A program made the position numbers and the translations under genes. Positions 26,501 to 37,419 of a DNA stretch of 64,000 nt are shown one piece after another. The DNA is from Tubulanus polymorphus (Eukaryota; Animalia; Nemertea), in assembly GCF_964204645.1 (NCBI RefSeq), contig NC_134032.1, positions 1,302,001 through 1,366,000 of the forward strand, given 5' to 3'. A model generated the notes under the pieces. The model was not told where the DNA came from, did no database searches, and was given only the letters and a program-made list of their open reading frames with translations. Numbering within the stretch: the first letter of the stretch is position 1; each line of letters starts with the position of its first letter.

Positions 26501-28935
26501 TCAATTCAGTTAAATCTACTGTTAATCCATATCACTCATCGCCAGATATGATGTATGGACAACAGATAATCCGTAGTTCAACGGATTAACTATAATCAGT
26601 ATAAACTAGGACTTCAGTATATATAACGGATGCGATATCTGCTTTACGGAATAACAGGTCTTTTAATGGGCTACTTGTAACCATACAATCGACAACATCT
26701 GAAACCAGGCACCATCGTTTAATGGAAGATATCAAAGACATTCGGCGTCTGTTATTATGTTTCTTAGATTTTTACAAGAAATTTGACAACCGGACCACGC
26801 ATTTGTCTATGTCTTTTAGTGTGAATTAGACGCAGAAATTTAAAGGGAACAATGTTACTTAGAAATGGGACCAATCTATTAGCATTTACACGGTTTAATA
26901 TAACAGGTTAACTGTACATTACTATGGGCCAATCTATTAGCATTTATGTGGTTTGACTTACCAGGTTAACTGTACATTAGTCTGCGCCAATCTATTAGCA
27001 TTTACACGGTTTAATATAACAAGTTAACTGTACATTACTATGGGCCAATCTATTAGCATTTACGCGGTTTGACTTACCAGGTTAACTGTACATTACTATG
27101 GGCCAATCTATTAGCATTTACGCGGGTTTGACTTACCAGGTTAACTGAACATTACTATGGGCCAATCTATTAGCATTTACGCGGGTTTGACTTACCAGGT
27201 TAACTGTACATTACTCTGCGCCCTTCTATTAGCATTTACACGGTTTAACATAACAGGTTAACTGAACATTACTATGTAAATGTTGTATGTGTAAGAGTTG
27301 TGAATAATTCAATGCAATCGTTTTCTCACCACGAACAGGATCGGTAATAAGGGTGTCTACTTTAAAATGGGCTTACGCAAAATGGTCAATCGCAAAACGT
27401 GTAAAGATCTTCACCGTTTAATCAAAGTCGAAGTCGACGGTAAACTAATCGATTTACCTCAAGTCGAAGGAATAATCATCCTAAACATTCTCAGGTTTGT
27501 GTCGCCGGCGATTCGAGCGGTTTATCGTCGTTTAACCCTTTCAGTGCTGACTAATTAATACCCTATAGTGCTGGAGATAATTTGAAAATTCTGGAAAATT
27601 CCACCCTAAATTGTTGAATAACGGGAATACCACTATAGTGCATCTACACCGCGGTGCAGTGTATCATTAGTTACTAGTATTTCACTATGTTTGACAGGTG
27701 CTGCCATTTTTCAAGAGAGATAATTACTAATTACATCAATACACCGCAGTGCAGTGGACTAGCAAAATCCATCACCAATTCATACACCGCACTGAAAGGG
27801 TTAACGGTTACGGGCGATGAAATCGTGATTTTATTCGTGTTATTTTTCGATTATAGTTGGGCATCGGGAGCGAACCCGTGGGGTCCGGAGAAAGAAGACT
27901 CGTTCAACAAACCGACTCACTACGACGGTATGCTAGAGATTGTAGGCGTCAGTGGTGTCGTTCATATGGGTCAAATACAGAGTGGTTTAAGGAGCGCTAC
28001 GCGTATAGCGCAAGGAGGTCATGTAAGTTACAATCATCGAAACTATCAATTCACGTTTCATATCATACAGTGTTTTCAATAAGAAATTAACAAGCCAGGT
28101 CCCTTTGAAAAACAGGAGGGTCCCATGATATGTTACATTACCTGAAACGAAAGCTGGTTTGAAAAAACAGGTGGGTACTTTGCAAACGACCGACGGGTCT
28201 GGGACCTGGGACCTGGCTCTTATTGAAAACACTGATCGATTTTCATATATGTCAAACCAACCTGCTGTTGAAAATTGCAACTCAAATATTGCCTACACCT
28301 TAAGATGTGCATTTATGCAATATGGAAATGTTTTTGAGATCATTTCAAAGTTTCAAATTTCAAAGAATACAGATACCAACATTATACATCATGTATCGTC
28401 ACTCATTGGTCTCAAGTTGTCTGTAAAAGATTCCAAGCAATTTTCTGAATTTGATTGAAATGTTTACATTCGAGCAGCTCTTCGTAGCATGAATTCAACC
28501 AGGTCAATTAAATCCAGACTGTGCTGCCATCAGCTGGTAATAATTGGTATCGCGAATATGAAAATGGCTCGGAAAGAGGTTAAACAATGAAACTAACGCG
28601 TTTTAACTTTCTCATCTCAGATACGAATCACATTATTGACTGATATACCAGTGCAAGTAGACGGAGAACCGTGGCTTCAATCTGCCGGTCAGGTCGTAGT
28701 TCTCAGATCGGCGCTAAAGGTACGCGCATCGTACGCATCGAAAATCATGTGCAAAGTTATACCGATTTCGATGTCTTACGATGTTTCGTGATGTTTTTTT
28801 TTTTTTTTTTTTTTTCAGGCCACAATGCTCAAAAAAAGCAAAAACAAGATCAAAAGACGTAATACCGAACCTAGTATATTTTTTCCAAATAGTGACATGG
28901 CACAGTCACCGGAAGCAGAGAGCGGGCCTTTATAA
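2479..28935 (+). CDS. DGKQ: Diacylglycerol kinase theta, whole gene span (20 coding exons, about 944 aa)
   Basis: Phase-consistent GT-AG exons sum to 2835 nt; three C1 domains, RA-like and RRM-like regions, [35 protein letters not shown] and QVDGEPW motifs. Confidence 0.95.
3521..3608. repeat. (TA)n microsatellite (others at about 35057-35156, 55173-55214, 59382-59434, 61053-61132; (TC)n 34285-34349; (GA)n 60522-60587; (AAT)n 29889-29960)
   Basis: Direct reading. Confidence 0.97.
3865..4002. mobile_element. Harbinger-type MITE family C (other copies about 562-650, 5040-5171, 20658-20930, 25252-25389, 50644-50768, 55505-55930)
   Basis: GGGCCGGTTGCA... / ...TGCGACCGACCC termini, CTG duplicated at both flanks, ttaagaccagtct internal motif. 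Confidence 0.75.
4442..4735. mobile_element. Harbinger-type MITE family B (other copies about 5733-5846, 11170-11241, 37653-38083, 42850-43131)
   Basis: gggtccggttccacggttgtgagttaa ... ttaactctaactcacaactgtggaaccgggtcc with internally repeated right end. Confidence 0.72.
6090..6280. repeat. 24-bp minisatellite (8 units)
   Basis: ctggctataggacccctgggccga repeated. Confidence 0.95.
6348..6427 (+). CDS. DGKQ: DGK-theta exon 2 (end of C1 domain 1)
   Basis: ttttcag| (V)[26 protein letters not shown] |gtaagt; not in the ORF track. Confidence 0.92.
6541..8078. repeat. 70-bp minisatellite (about 22 units)
   Basis: cttagatacttgtcagactgtctctgcccacggtgaagtttaaactggttaaattctaccacgagttggt. Confidence 0.97.
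8632..9170. repeat. 21/24-bp pyrimidine-rich minisatellite
   Basis: ctggcctg(gtg)gctctcctctccc units. Confidence 0.93.
9532..10490. repeat. 96-bp minisatellite (about 10 units)
   Basis: aatatcggaggtccctgggatgaaattctac...actaacagttatctc. Confidence 0.96.
10591..10785 (+). CDS. DGKQ: DGK-theta exon 3 (C1 domain 2)
   Basis: ttttcag| [65 protein letters not shown] |gtaagt. Confidence 0.93.
11543..11835 (+). mobile_element. piggyBac-type MITE family A, copy 1
   Basis: TTAA-CCCTTTCAGTGC ... GCACTGAAAGGG-TTAA, about 290 bp, no ORF. Confidence 0.9.
12475..13154. repeat. 39-bp minisatellite containing the DGK exon 4 acceptor (about 17 units)
   Basis: cattgtag|gcattagttccacagtatccggtattttata. Confidence 0.96.
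13136..13267 (+). CDS. DGKQ: DGK-theta exon 4 (C1 domain 3, first part)
   Basis: ttgtag| [44 protein letters not shown] |gtatgt; the acceptor is the last unit of a 39-bp array. Confidence 0.9.
13273..13783. repeat. About 100-bp tandem repeat containing the DGK exon 5 acceptor (5 units)
   Basis: tataaatcccc...ctctgatatttt(g/a)tatatttctag|tcacatgctggctgc. Confidence 0.95.
13761..13905 (+). CDS. DGKQ: DGK-theta exon 5 (end of C1 domain 3)
   Basis: tttctag| [48 protein letters not shown] g|gttcgt; the following 87-nt GT-AG segment is in frame, so exons 5 and 6 could also be one exon. Confidence 0.82.
13993..14118 (+). CDS. DGKQ: DGK-theta exon 6 (charged linker)
   Basis: attgcag| (G)[41 protein letters not shown] g|gtattt. 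Confidence 0.82.
14734..15023 (+). mobile_element. piggyBac-type MITE family A, copy 2 (nested in another TIR element about 14595-15186)
   Basis: Same TIRs and TTAA; host ends catggttcccacag / ctgtgggaaccatg. Confidence 0.9.
15446..15813. mobile_element. MITE with CAGGGATGAAAA termini
   Basis: cagggatgaaaa / ttttcatccctg TIRs, TTTGTT on both flanks. Confidence 0.65.
16808..16902 (+). CDS. DGKQ: DGK-theta exon 7
   Basis: ctcgcag| (D)[31 protein letters not shown] |gtacgt. Confidence 0.88.
16844..17160. repeat. 88-90-bp tandem repeat containing the 3' half and donor of DGK exon 7 (about 3.6 units)
   Basis: aaaaacgtgaatatcgc...acagtgttg|gtacgt...ccctcctccc. Confidence 0.95.
17579..17651 (+). 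CDS. DGKQ: DGK-theta exon 8
   Basis: tttttcag| [24 protein letters not shown] g|gtaatg. Confidence 0.88.
17667..17962. repeat. About 50-bp minisatellite filling DGK intron 8
   Basis: gggggcgctgtctcaccgggtcgaggtacgcgggatgacctcccatca. Confidence 0.95.
17991..18135 (+). CDS. DGKQ: DGK-theta exon 9
   Basis: tttatag| (A)[47 protein letters not shown] gg|gtaagt. Confidence 0.88.
18239..18341 (+). CDS. DGKQ: DGK-theta exon 10 (RA-like domain)
   Basis: gttgcag| (G)[34 protein letters not shown] |gtaagt. Confidence 0.87.
18370..19160. repeat. 20-21-bp C-rich minisatellite
   Basis: ccctctactg(g/a)gcctccc units, degenerating 3'. Confidence 0.93.
20168..20338 (+). CDS. Candidate alternative exon paralogous to DGK-theta exon 11 (cassette 20168-20251, or terminal exon to stop at 20338)
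   Basis: tctttag| [16 protein letters not shown]... resembles exon 11 start [16 protein letters not shown] in the same phase; possible donor agt|gtaagg at 20252. Confidence 0.45.
   Translation, partial: DVDPTSFSLVQLSLRDMSDKSIHLQNSSVRINISSLSSSFIVVIFIFIVLLILVIT
21083..21355. mobile_element. MITE with CATAGGCGTCCCC termini
   Basis: cataggcgtcccc / ggggacgcccatg imperfect TIRs within catgta repeats. Confidence 0.6.
21839..22080. mobile_element. Palindromic Penelope-like (PLE) terminal-repeat insertion with about 40-nt tail and 13-bp flanking direct repeat
   Basis: Near-perfect inverted repeat 21880-22080; TTCATACAACGTA at 21826-21838 and 22081-22093; second copy of the family at 51443-51896; contains hammerhead motif. 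Confidence 0.75.
21976..22020 (+). ncRNA. Minimal type-I hammerhead ribozyme motif
   Basis: tattc-CTGAAGA-t-gactat(taggat)atagtc-GAAAC-GTT-gaaata. Confidence 0.7.
22192..22450. mobile_element. Degenerate palindromic PLE-like element with decayed hammerhead cores
   Basis: Imperfect inverted repeat (gatgaatagt...taactagtttattt / aaataaactagtta...actattcatc); ctgatgaagcta on + strand, ctaatgaagcta...tagcgaaagctc on - strand; related sequence near 43290-43490. Confidence 0.5.
22710..22823 (+). CDS. DGKQ: DGK-theta exon 11
   Basis: ttgacag| [38 protein letters not shown] |gttagt. Confidence 0.9.
23319..23469 (+). CDS. DGKQ: DGK-theta exon 12
   Basis: tttgtag| [50 protein letters not shown] g|gtacgt. 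Confidence 0.92.
23872..24032 (+). CDS. DGKQ: DGK-theta exon 13 (RRM-like region)
   Basis: ttttcag| (E)[53 protein letters not shown] |gttagt. Confidence 0.9.
24089..24617. repeat. 18-bp minisatellite filling DGK intron 13
   Basis: ttgacagtaaca(ctgg/ttga). Confidence 0.95.
24639..24790 (+). CDS. DGKQ: DGK-theta exon 14 (catalytic domain start)
   Basis: ttttag| [50 protein letters not shown] gg|gtaagg. Confidence 0.95.
25016..25227 (+). mobile_element. tRNA-derived SINE (degenerate)
   Basis: B box GGTTCGAATCC at about 25069, weak A box, (AGAACT)n tail. Confidence 0.55.
25252..25389. mobile_element. Harbinger-type MITE family C copy
   Basis: CAG-gggccggttccatag...ctatggaaccgaccc-CAG. Confidence 0.78.
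25501..25758 (+). CDS. DGKQ: DGK-theta exon 15 (ATP-binding GGDGT motif)
   Basis: tttgtag| [23 protein letters not shown]...[18 protein letters not shown]...ISLD cg|gtaagt. Confidence 0.96.
25850..26053 (+). CDS. DGKQ: DGK-theta exon 16
   Basis: tttttag| WTVIFHP...[33 protein letters not shown] ag|gttagt. Confidence 0.95.
26868..27276. repeat. 59-60-bp minisatellite (about 7 units)
   Basis: gggccaatctattagcatttac...ggttaactgtacattactat. Confidence 0.93.
27339..27494 (+). CDS. DGKQ: DGK-theta exon 17 (accessory domain)
   Basis: gaacag| [16 protein letters not shown]...[22 protein letters not shown] ag|gtttgt. Confidence 0.93.
27532..27804 (+). mobile_element. piggyBac-type MITE family A, copy 3 (fills most of DGK intron 17)
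   Basis: Same TIRs and TTAA, small subterminal deletion. Confidence 0.9.
27857..28022 (+). CDS. DGKQ: DGK-theta exon 18 (accessory domain)
   Basis: attatag| (S)[55 protein letters not shown] |gtaagt. Confidence 0.95.
28621..28719 (+). CDS. DGKQ: DGK-theta exon 19
   Basis: atctcag| [33 protein letters not shown] |gtacgc. Confidence 0.94.
28819..28935 (+). CDS. DGKQ: DGK-theta exon 20 (last coding exon)
   Basis: poly-T cag| [38 protein letters not shown] followed by TGA TAG. Confidence 0.92.
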   Translation, partial: ATMLKKSKNKIKRRNTEPSIFFPNSDMAQSPEAESGPL

Positions 28936-29186
28936 TGATAGGTGAGTCAACATGACTCGTCCGGTATAGTCGACGTGACTTGTACCGTGGAGTCGACACG
29001 ACTGGCAATCTTCAACGGTTTCGTATTTTTACTTTTCTTCAGGTTAAGTTAAAACAAACAAACAGACACTATTAGCAATGCATTGAGGAGAATGAATGGT
29101 TGTAGTCAGTATTGAGTTCAGTGACTTGAGACGAGAACACCGAGTGGAACTCTTTATAATAGATTGCAGTGTGCAGTTCTACATAC

Positions 29187-29545
29187 TTGGGAGTCCACTA
29201 TGCTGTAGTGGATAGACGCACTGGGATTCCACTATGCTGTAGTGGATACACGCACTGGGAGTCCACTATGCTGTAGTGGATAGACGCACTGGGATTCCAC
29301 TATGCTGTAGTGGATACACGCACTGGGAGTCCACTATGCTGTAGTGGATAGACGCACTGGGAGTCCACTATGCTGTAGTGGATACACGCACTGGGAGTCC
29401 ACTATGCTGTAGTGGATACACGCACTGGGAGTCCACTTAACTGTAGTGGATAAATAAATTGGGAGTCCACTAAACTGTGGTGGATAAATAAATTGGGAGT
29501 CCACTACTATGGATGGTGGATGAATACATTGGGAGTCCACTATAC
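29187..29545. repeat. 38-bp minisatellite in DGK 3' region
   Basis: ctgggagtccactatgctgtagtggata(g/c)acgca. Confidence 0.93.
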
Positions 29546-29885
29546 TGCGTGCTACACAGTCAGTCGACATCACCTTAATCCCCTTCAAACAAAACTATCA
29601 TAATCAAAAAAACTGTAATTAGGGCCGGACAATGTTGATAGCGTTACTGATATATCGAAAGAGCGGGCGGTGGCATAAAAGGACGAATTTACTTCTCATA
29701 CGGTTGTGATAATACGGAGCGGAAAAAACAAACTGCCTGTGGACTCCCCCTAGTGGAGGCGATGCAAATTAAAATGCCTTGTTTTGATTGTTGGTACAAA
29801 AAAAAAAAAACATGAAAAATTTGTCAGCGCGTCTTTTTTCAATCTCTTAATGACTGTAATACCATCACCAGATTAGTTAACTTAG

Positions 29886-29944
<59 letters not shown>

Positions 29945-32446
29945 TAATAATAATAATAATGATTAAATAAATAATAATATTTATTATGATAATAATATAT
30001 TTATGAAATTATTAGAGTTAAATAAACTCCATTGAAACTGGTTCTTTCCACGGAGACCTAGGTGCGCGGCGACCCCGGGCAAGTACTACGTCATTGAGAA
30101 TATATTTCCACGTTTCGGCGATAGTTTCGGATGATGTTCTCTATATCGCGAATGAAATTAGTGTAAATACTTCGAAATCTAAGACGGCAGTTGGTTGGCT
30201 CCACTGTCGCTACTGCTGCCGCCTGGTGGTACAGGTGGAAATAGCCAGTTACATCACTCACACACTCACAGGTGCAGGAATACAGTGTGTGACAGCGATA
30301 AAGAGTTCTCATCTCCGTGCGCCCGTACATGTATTATATATATTTTAATGTACAGTTTTGTTTCTCTTGAATTCTGGGTAATTGTGCGTGGTGACGTGAA
30401 TTCTGGGTAATTTTTTACGTAATACCATTGCCGTGGCTGGAGATGTAGGATTTCTGGTGCAGAGAAGGGCCGTGGCGGCTGTGTCGCTATGGTTTAGGGA
30501 GGAGGGACGATTGAGTACTGGTTTATTAGGAGTTAGAGTCGATATGTGCTTACCATTACTATATATATATATCAATATTTTTGAATGGCATAGATATTTT
30601 TTGCAATATTCCTGTTTTAGAAAAATCTCATAATTAGCGATGTTTATCATAGATGATTTATTTTTGTTCATTAACCTCTTTGAAGTATTTGATCGATATT
30701 TTTGCTTATATTTATTAGAAATGCGTTGTAAATAGTTATAAGCCGCGATCACGCAGTGACTCTTTTGGCCAAATTGGCACGGATCAGGCCCCGAGTCAAA
30801 TTTAGCCCATGCCTAATTAGACGGCGCGTTCACATGTAAACAACTCACTCGATACTAAACAATGCTTAAGCAAAAAGGGAAGTGAATCACTTCTGGAACC
30901 AGTTGTAATTCGCAATGATTGAAATTTGGCTCGGACTTATTTCAACGTTTTTGGTCGGACCACACAGTCTGGCCCATTTGGCATCCGTGTGAACAGTTGA
31001 AATTTGGTACATCGGGCGCGGGCCAAAAATACTTACGTGATCGTGGCTATAGTATTTATATATAGAGAGAGAGCGGTTCCGGTCTCGCTGGTACTGATCT
31101 CGTTCTTGTTACCAGACCCCTTGGTACTGATCTCGACGGTATTGGTCTCCTTGGTTTATTACAGATATTCACTGCCATATGGCTTCACAACTGTGGTCAA
31201 TATATTCATCAATTCAATAATTCTATTATCAGCTGTTTATTTGTTATTGTCAAGTTCAATATTATGTATTATTATTATTATTATTATTATTGTTATTATT
31301 ATTATTATTATTATTATGAATTAACGATACGTGTATTATTTTTCATACAATTGTTTTAGGGTTTGGGTACCACCATCGCGTGTCGCCATCTATTGAGTAT
31401 GATGAGAACTGTTGCCTAAACTCAAAAAGCGGCGACATTTTCTCAATCTCTCGTAAAATGCTGTGATGTTCGGGTAGAATCCAAGGTCGGCGTGTAGTGT
31501 GAAATTCTAGGTGAAGGTCACACACAACTGAAGCTCAGCTGAAGCTACTCTCAGTTCGGTGTCTATGGTTTCTAGCGGATTCTCTAACCGGTTTTCGTTG
31601 CTCAATTCGTTCAAATTTTTCTCGTTAAGTTTGTCGTCGATGAATTGATTAGGGGTGACGTGTACTTTACTGCATGTCACGTGTAACATATAATTTATGC
31701 CTTTCGTTTACGAGAAAAATATCTATGCCATTTATTCAGAGTTGTGGAAGTTTCACGGCCGGACGCAATTGAAATTATAGATAATTTTGTAATAATGAAT
31801 CCCTAGCGCACGTTTCATTATACAGTGTATGCCAGGTAACTCAAGGATGAGAAATGTCGTTGAAAATACCCATGTGTTATTATTACATTGAATCAGCATT
31901 ATTATTTTTAAGTATATTAAGATTTTTATTTTTATAGGCTATTTATTTTTGTGCCGCGCGTGAGAATCAAAAACACGGAAATATATTATTAGTGAACTAT
32001 GTTATTTATGAGTGATTGTATGTATATGAAGGAGGTGCTCAGTCAACCGCTAAGGGGCAGCAACCCTTATACGTCTGCCTCAACAAAAATGAAAAAAGAA
32101 TCAAAAACAATTATACGGGAATAGGAATGTAAAAGCCTCTCTGATTGGCTAATATACCGGGTATCTCGATGTAAACTGATGCCACTCGAGATCTAACCCT
32201 CCCGCAGAGTCGCGAATCGTATATCGTTTGTGGTCAGTATTTTTATGTTTGATTAAAGCCTCGTTTAAACCGTCCAGGTCGTCACTTTTTGTTTTAGTGC
32301 GAAGAAAATCTTTTCCGGTCTCCTCGACCCGGATCTTGGCAGGGTCTCGGACCCTGACCCCGGACGTGGTCTTATAGACCTGGGCCTAAGCAGAAGTCTC
32401 GTAGACCCAGGGCCTGGTAGTCTCATTGATTTAAAACTGATGTGAT

Positions 32447-32650
32447 TTAACCCTTTAACCGGCGAGTATTTTTCGGCCTGTGACTGATTTTGGACCATAC
32501 AAAATGAAAACTGAATAACTCTGCAAATGTGAGGGATAACCCCAAAACAGTGTCCATTTTCTGAAAGCTCTTTTCATGAGCTTTCGAATGATACCAACTT
32601 GGCAAACTTTAGGGGTCAATTGGGCGACCGATTGCCGGTTTAAGGGTTAA
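32447..32650. mobile_element. Second TTAA-flanked piggyBac-type MITE
   Basis: TTAA-ccctttaaccggc ... gccggtttaaggg-TTAA. Confidence 0.75.
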
Positions 32651-33509
32651 ATGACTTATTTTACATTTACATGCAGCGTATATCACATGTGACATGTACA
32701 TTGACATGCACATGTATAGTATACAACTCGTGGCATGGAGATCGACATGCACATGTAAATTATATAACTTGTAACATGTAGATCGACACGCACATGTGGC
32801 AACGTGCGACATGCACGTGTAGATACGTGTACTGCGCGTGTATTCAACATGTACATGTGCAGACTTTTCAATGTGCATGTACATTTTGGTTTGTGAATGA
32901 CATGTAACATGTATGACATGTACCGGATACGTGTAATCAAACACATGGGTATAAATAATTGCTGGTTGCGTGGTGTGACTGCGGTCAATTTTATCTCTTT
33001 AATTATCATCGATTATAATCGATTATCAAATAGCAGGAAGTTGTTTTTTTTTTTTTTAGTTTTGTTTGTAAATTCTCCTCTCAGTGGAAGCTAGGTCATG
33101 TGATTCAGGGGCGTGAACTCTTATTATATAATATATTACTCATCTCTTAACACGTCGATAAAAATAAATTAATAAATGTTAATTATTAACGTATTCTTCT
33201 ACTTAAAACGAAAAACTAGTCATTTATTATTAATAATAATAATAATATTGATAATAATAATAATATTAATGATGATAATAATAATGGTAATAATAATAAT
33301 AATAGGTCAATGATGTAAATGATGACAGTGTTATTGAGACTGAGAGCTGTGAGACACAACTGACTGATGTTGTGTTGTGTTTGAGACTCATGTGACTGAC
33401 GACTGATGTTGTGTGTAGTTCTATCTCATATTGTATTTGTATATAAACATTTCCTTCTCTGTCAAAGTGTTCAATATCGATATCTGTAGATAATAAATCT
33501 TTTCAGTTT

Positions 33510-34190
33510 TACTGATCACTGGTTGGTTGTACTGATCACTGGTCAGTGGTACTGATCACCGGTCGGTCGTACCGATCACCGGTCGGTCGTACCGATCACC
33601 GGTCGGTCGTACCGATCACCGGTCGGTCGTACCGATCACCGGTCGGTCGTACCGATCACCGGTCGGTCGTACCGATCACCGGGTTGGTCGTACCGATCAC
33701 CGGGTTGGTCGTACCGATCACCGGTCGGTCGTACCGATCACCGGGTTGGTCGTACCGATCACCGGTCGGTCGTACCGATCACCGGTCGGTCGTACCGATC
33801 ACCGGTCGGTCGTACCGATCACCGGTCGGTCGTACCGATCACCGGTCGGTCGTACCGATCACCGGTCGGTCGTACCGATCACCGGTCGGTCGTACCGATC
33901 ACCGGTCGGTCGTACCGATCACCGGTCGGTCGTACCGATCACCGGTCGGTCGTACCGATCACCGGTCGGTCGTACCGATCACCGGTCGGTCGTACCGATC
34001 ACCGGTCGGTCGTACCGATCACCGGTCGGTCGTACCGATCACCGGTCGGTCGTACCGATCACCGGTCGGTCGTACCGATCACCGGTCGGTCGTACCGATC
34101 ACCGGTCGGTCGTACTGATCACCGGGTTGGTTGTACTGATCATAAGTCTGTCGTACTGATCACTGGTCGGTCGTACTGATCACTGGTCAG
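33510..34190. repeat. 20-bp CpG-rich minisatellite (about 30 units)
   Basis: accgatcaccggtcggtcgt. Confidence 0.97.
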
Positions 34191-34280
34191 TTGTACTGGT
34201 ATGAAAATATGAATTTAGTATGGAAAAAAATTGTATTACCCCTATCTCTCCTCCCCTCCCATCCCCCTTCTCCCCCTCTC

Positions 34281-34352
<72 letters not shown>

Positions 34353-35049
34353 GAAATAATGAATACTCAATTCATTGTGTAATGAGGTTTGGAAACTCCT
34401 TATTCAAACTACATTCTACTACAATGTAACTGCATCTTGCTACATCGTGCTACTATAACTTATATACTACATGGTAGTAGAGTGTAGTTTAACAGTACGT
34501 TGTACTACACTGTGACTGATACACTGCGATATGGATTTATTTTGAGATGTTTTCTTATCATGTTAGTTATAATATAAAGATGGATACAGGCATTTTTTTA
34601 CTATTTGAATGTATTGATGTTTATTGAATTCTGTAGCGGCGTCCGTCTGCCTTGTCATGACATGCGCATGTAACGTACATGTGCATGTCGTGCGGTCGGC
34701 TGCTCGCGTACGAGTGGCTCACCACAACGGACAAAGCTGCCAGGTTTCGACCTCATAAACATATAAAGTTCGCCGCGCCGGTGCGCGACCGGGGGGTACG
34801 AAAAATGAGAAATACCGTCGACGTACACGAGTCGGAAATTGTGGGGATCTAAAAAAATAGTTTTCAACAACTAATCAAACAAACAAACAAACAAACGAAA
34901 TGATTCAAATTTTAGAAGAGACTAGACAATCGTTACAGTCGTGATTTTTATATTTAGCGCGTCGCCACCTATTGTGAGCGTGTGTGACTATCGAGACTCG
35001 TGTTAGAATATAAAAACACTGGCAGCTTTGTCAATGGCTCATTGCCTGT

Positions 35050-35160
<111 letters not shown>

Positions 35161-37045
35161 ACCTTGACGATCTTGTCGTTGTCATGGTTACACCTTCCAT
35201 TTCTCGGTGCACAGCGATGGGCATCTGTAATATTGTAAAATTATGATTAAATCCGTGAAATGGACGTTATTGAAATATTAGGCAACAATAAAAATCTGTC
35301 TGCAAAAAATTACATGTTCAGTCGTTCTCCTTGTTGACTTACTGCTCTGCGGTTGTTGTTTCTGGGAGGTGTCTCTGCCCTCGGGCTTTTCGGGGAGGTT
35401 TCTTGAAGGTATTGTGTTTTATTGACTGTTTGCGGTGCTGAATTTATTCCGAGCACTTCCTCACGTACGCTACTAAGTGACAAGTTTAGAAATTATGTCA
35501 ATTGCTTTGAGATGATTGGTCTCGGGGATACCGATACTACATGTACAGAGAGAGAGGCAAACAAGACCCTCGTCACACGTGAGCAGCTGAACTACCGAAA
35601 ATATCCATTGTTGGCAGGTGTCACTAAAATATTGAAATGAATTTTTATTCATCGTTCACCATTTCATGATGTCAGTACAGTAACCAGTTTCATGATCTCA
35701 TAAAGAATCCTATTATAAGGATGTATCCTTTTACGTCATGAATTAACTACAAAAATAATGTCCCGCATCGACCTAGACTGGTTGACTGTGTCAAATTCTG
35801 CACTGGCAGTCGAAGGCAGACCTAACCCACAATAAAGATAATTTGAATTTATTCAAGCTCTGGCAGTCGAATAATTCATGCGACGAGCTATTTACCGAAG
35901 TTGGCCGATATAGAAATTCAATCGTAGTGCCGAGATAGTAGATCAAATTCCAAAACTAAAAATAGCTGCCAAGCTTCTCGGACGTAGAATAGCAAAACTT
36001 CAGATAGAAAAATCTGCCCCGCTGGTAGAGCGAAATAAGGTTATCTCTGAATAAGTTTATTTTTCTGCGAAAAGACGCCAACGATTCACAAAACACCCGC
36101 GGGGTTCTTTTTGCGTCTTTCTTTGTCGTATTCTTTGTTATTTATTTTCTTGGAAGATACGGAGATTAAATGCGCCGTATCTTTTCCCGAAAACCTTGAA
36201 CGTAAAAAAAAATACCGGCGGCGCCGTTGTTCCGGGAATCGGTGTTACGCCGCGTTAGCTTCAATACCCGGCGGTTTACTGCGCGTATCTCAGAACGCGG
36301 TCGACGCGGCATCTACTGTCACCGTTCGGTCAGTTGTTTACGCGTTTTTGGCGGCCGCGCGCTCGAGAAGCACCTGTCACAGGCGCATGTAACACGCGTT
36401 ACAGGCGCTTGTACTCGCGTTCACAGGCGCATGTATCTTGTTGACAGCGGTCGTAATTCTGGATAATTTTGCGGATTAGCTCGAATTAGATGCGCTGACA
36501 GAGGAAATCAGTGCGGATCGGGATAGGTCATTAAGTTCTTCGAGTTCGACGAGGTAAATCAAGCGATTTGAAGTTTGAAATCGGGTATTTTAGATCAGTT
36601 TGGTGACGTTTCTCTGTGGAGAGGCGGAGAGACTCACGCACACACACAGTGAGTGACGCTACACCCGGTTCCAGGAAGGGGGAGCGAAGTGTCAGTGCAA
36701 GACCCTTTGACGTGATAATTAGCGACATTATGAGTTCGTAAATTCCTTGAAAGTCTCACCCCTCCTCCACACACCACACACAGTCACCTGAGCACAGACA
36801 GCTGCAGAGAGAAGAATCATCGATCAAGAATGACCACCACCACCAGACAGAAATTAAATGTCAGGACAGGTAGGTGGCAAAAAAAGCAACAAGCTGTGTC
36901 TGTCAGCTAAACACGGTGTTTAATTAGCTGTTTAGTACTGATAGGCATAGAATAGTTGTGAAGCATGGTTTATTGGCCTGGTCTAATACTAATAGCTAGG
37001 CGACGGATAGTGGGAGTGCTCGAGTGTGGATGTCATCACAGGGAG

Positions 37046-37175
37046 GGGCCTGACACAAAAAGTTTTTGATCCCAGTATCCTAGGTAGGCCTACTATATAT
37101 AAAGACTTTTTGTAATTATATAGGGCTATGGTACCTATCGATACTGGGGTAAAAAACTTTTTGTGTCAGGTCCCT
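37046..37175. mobile_element. Short foldback MITE upstream of IRS start codon
   Basis: gggcctgacacaaaaagttttt...cccagtatc mirrored by gatactgggg...aaaaactttttgtgtcaggtccc. Confidence 0.65.
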
Positions 37176-37419
37176 GTTTCAGTGAGTGGCGCCCACGGTG
37201 AGCTTCTCTTAAGGCCTGACCCAATCAATCAGTGGCTGGTTTTCTAACTAAGGCACGGGTATTCCGATTCTCAACTTAAACCTGACGCTTGGATTAAACT
37301 TGAAATGTCGGCGGTCGATTTATTCGAAGTCTATTTCTCGTAGAGTTCTGATGGAGTTGTTACAAAAACGATGACGGGATTTAGAAGTTTAAGCGATTGA
37401 GACGGATTGATCTAGTGTC

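Noticed and set aside
33546-34159. 190-aa and 137-aa repetitive ORFs
   Set aside because: 20-bp minisatellite open in several frames; no coding evidence.
36858-36869. Possible alternative IRS first micro-exon (ATG TCA GGA CAG|gtaggt, phase 0)
   Set aside because: Only a donor-like match; could equally end a non-coding exon; would delete the first PH strand; no support without transcripts.
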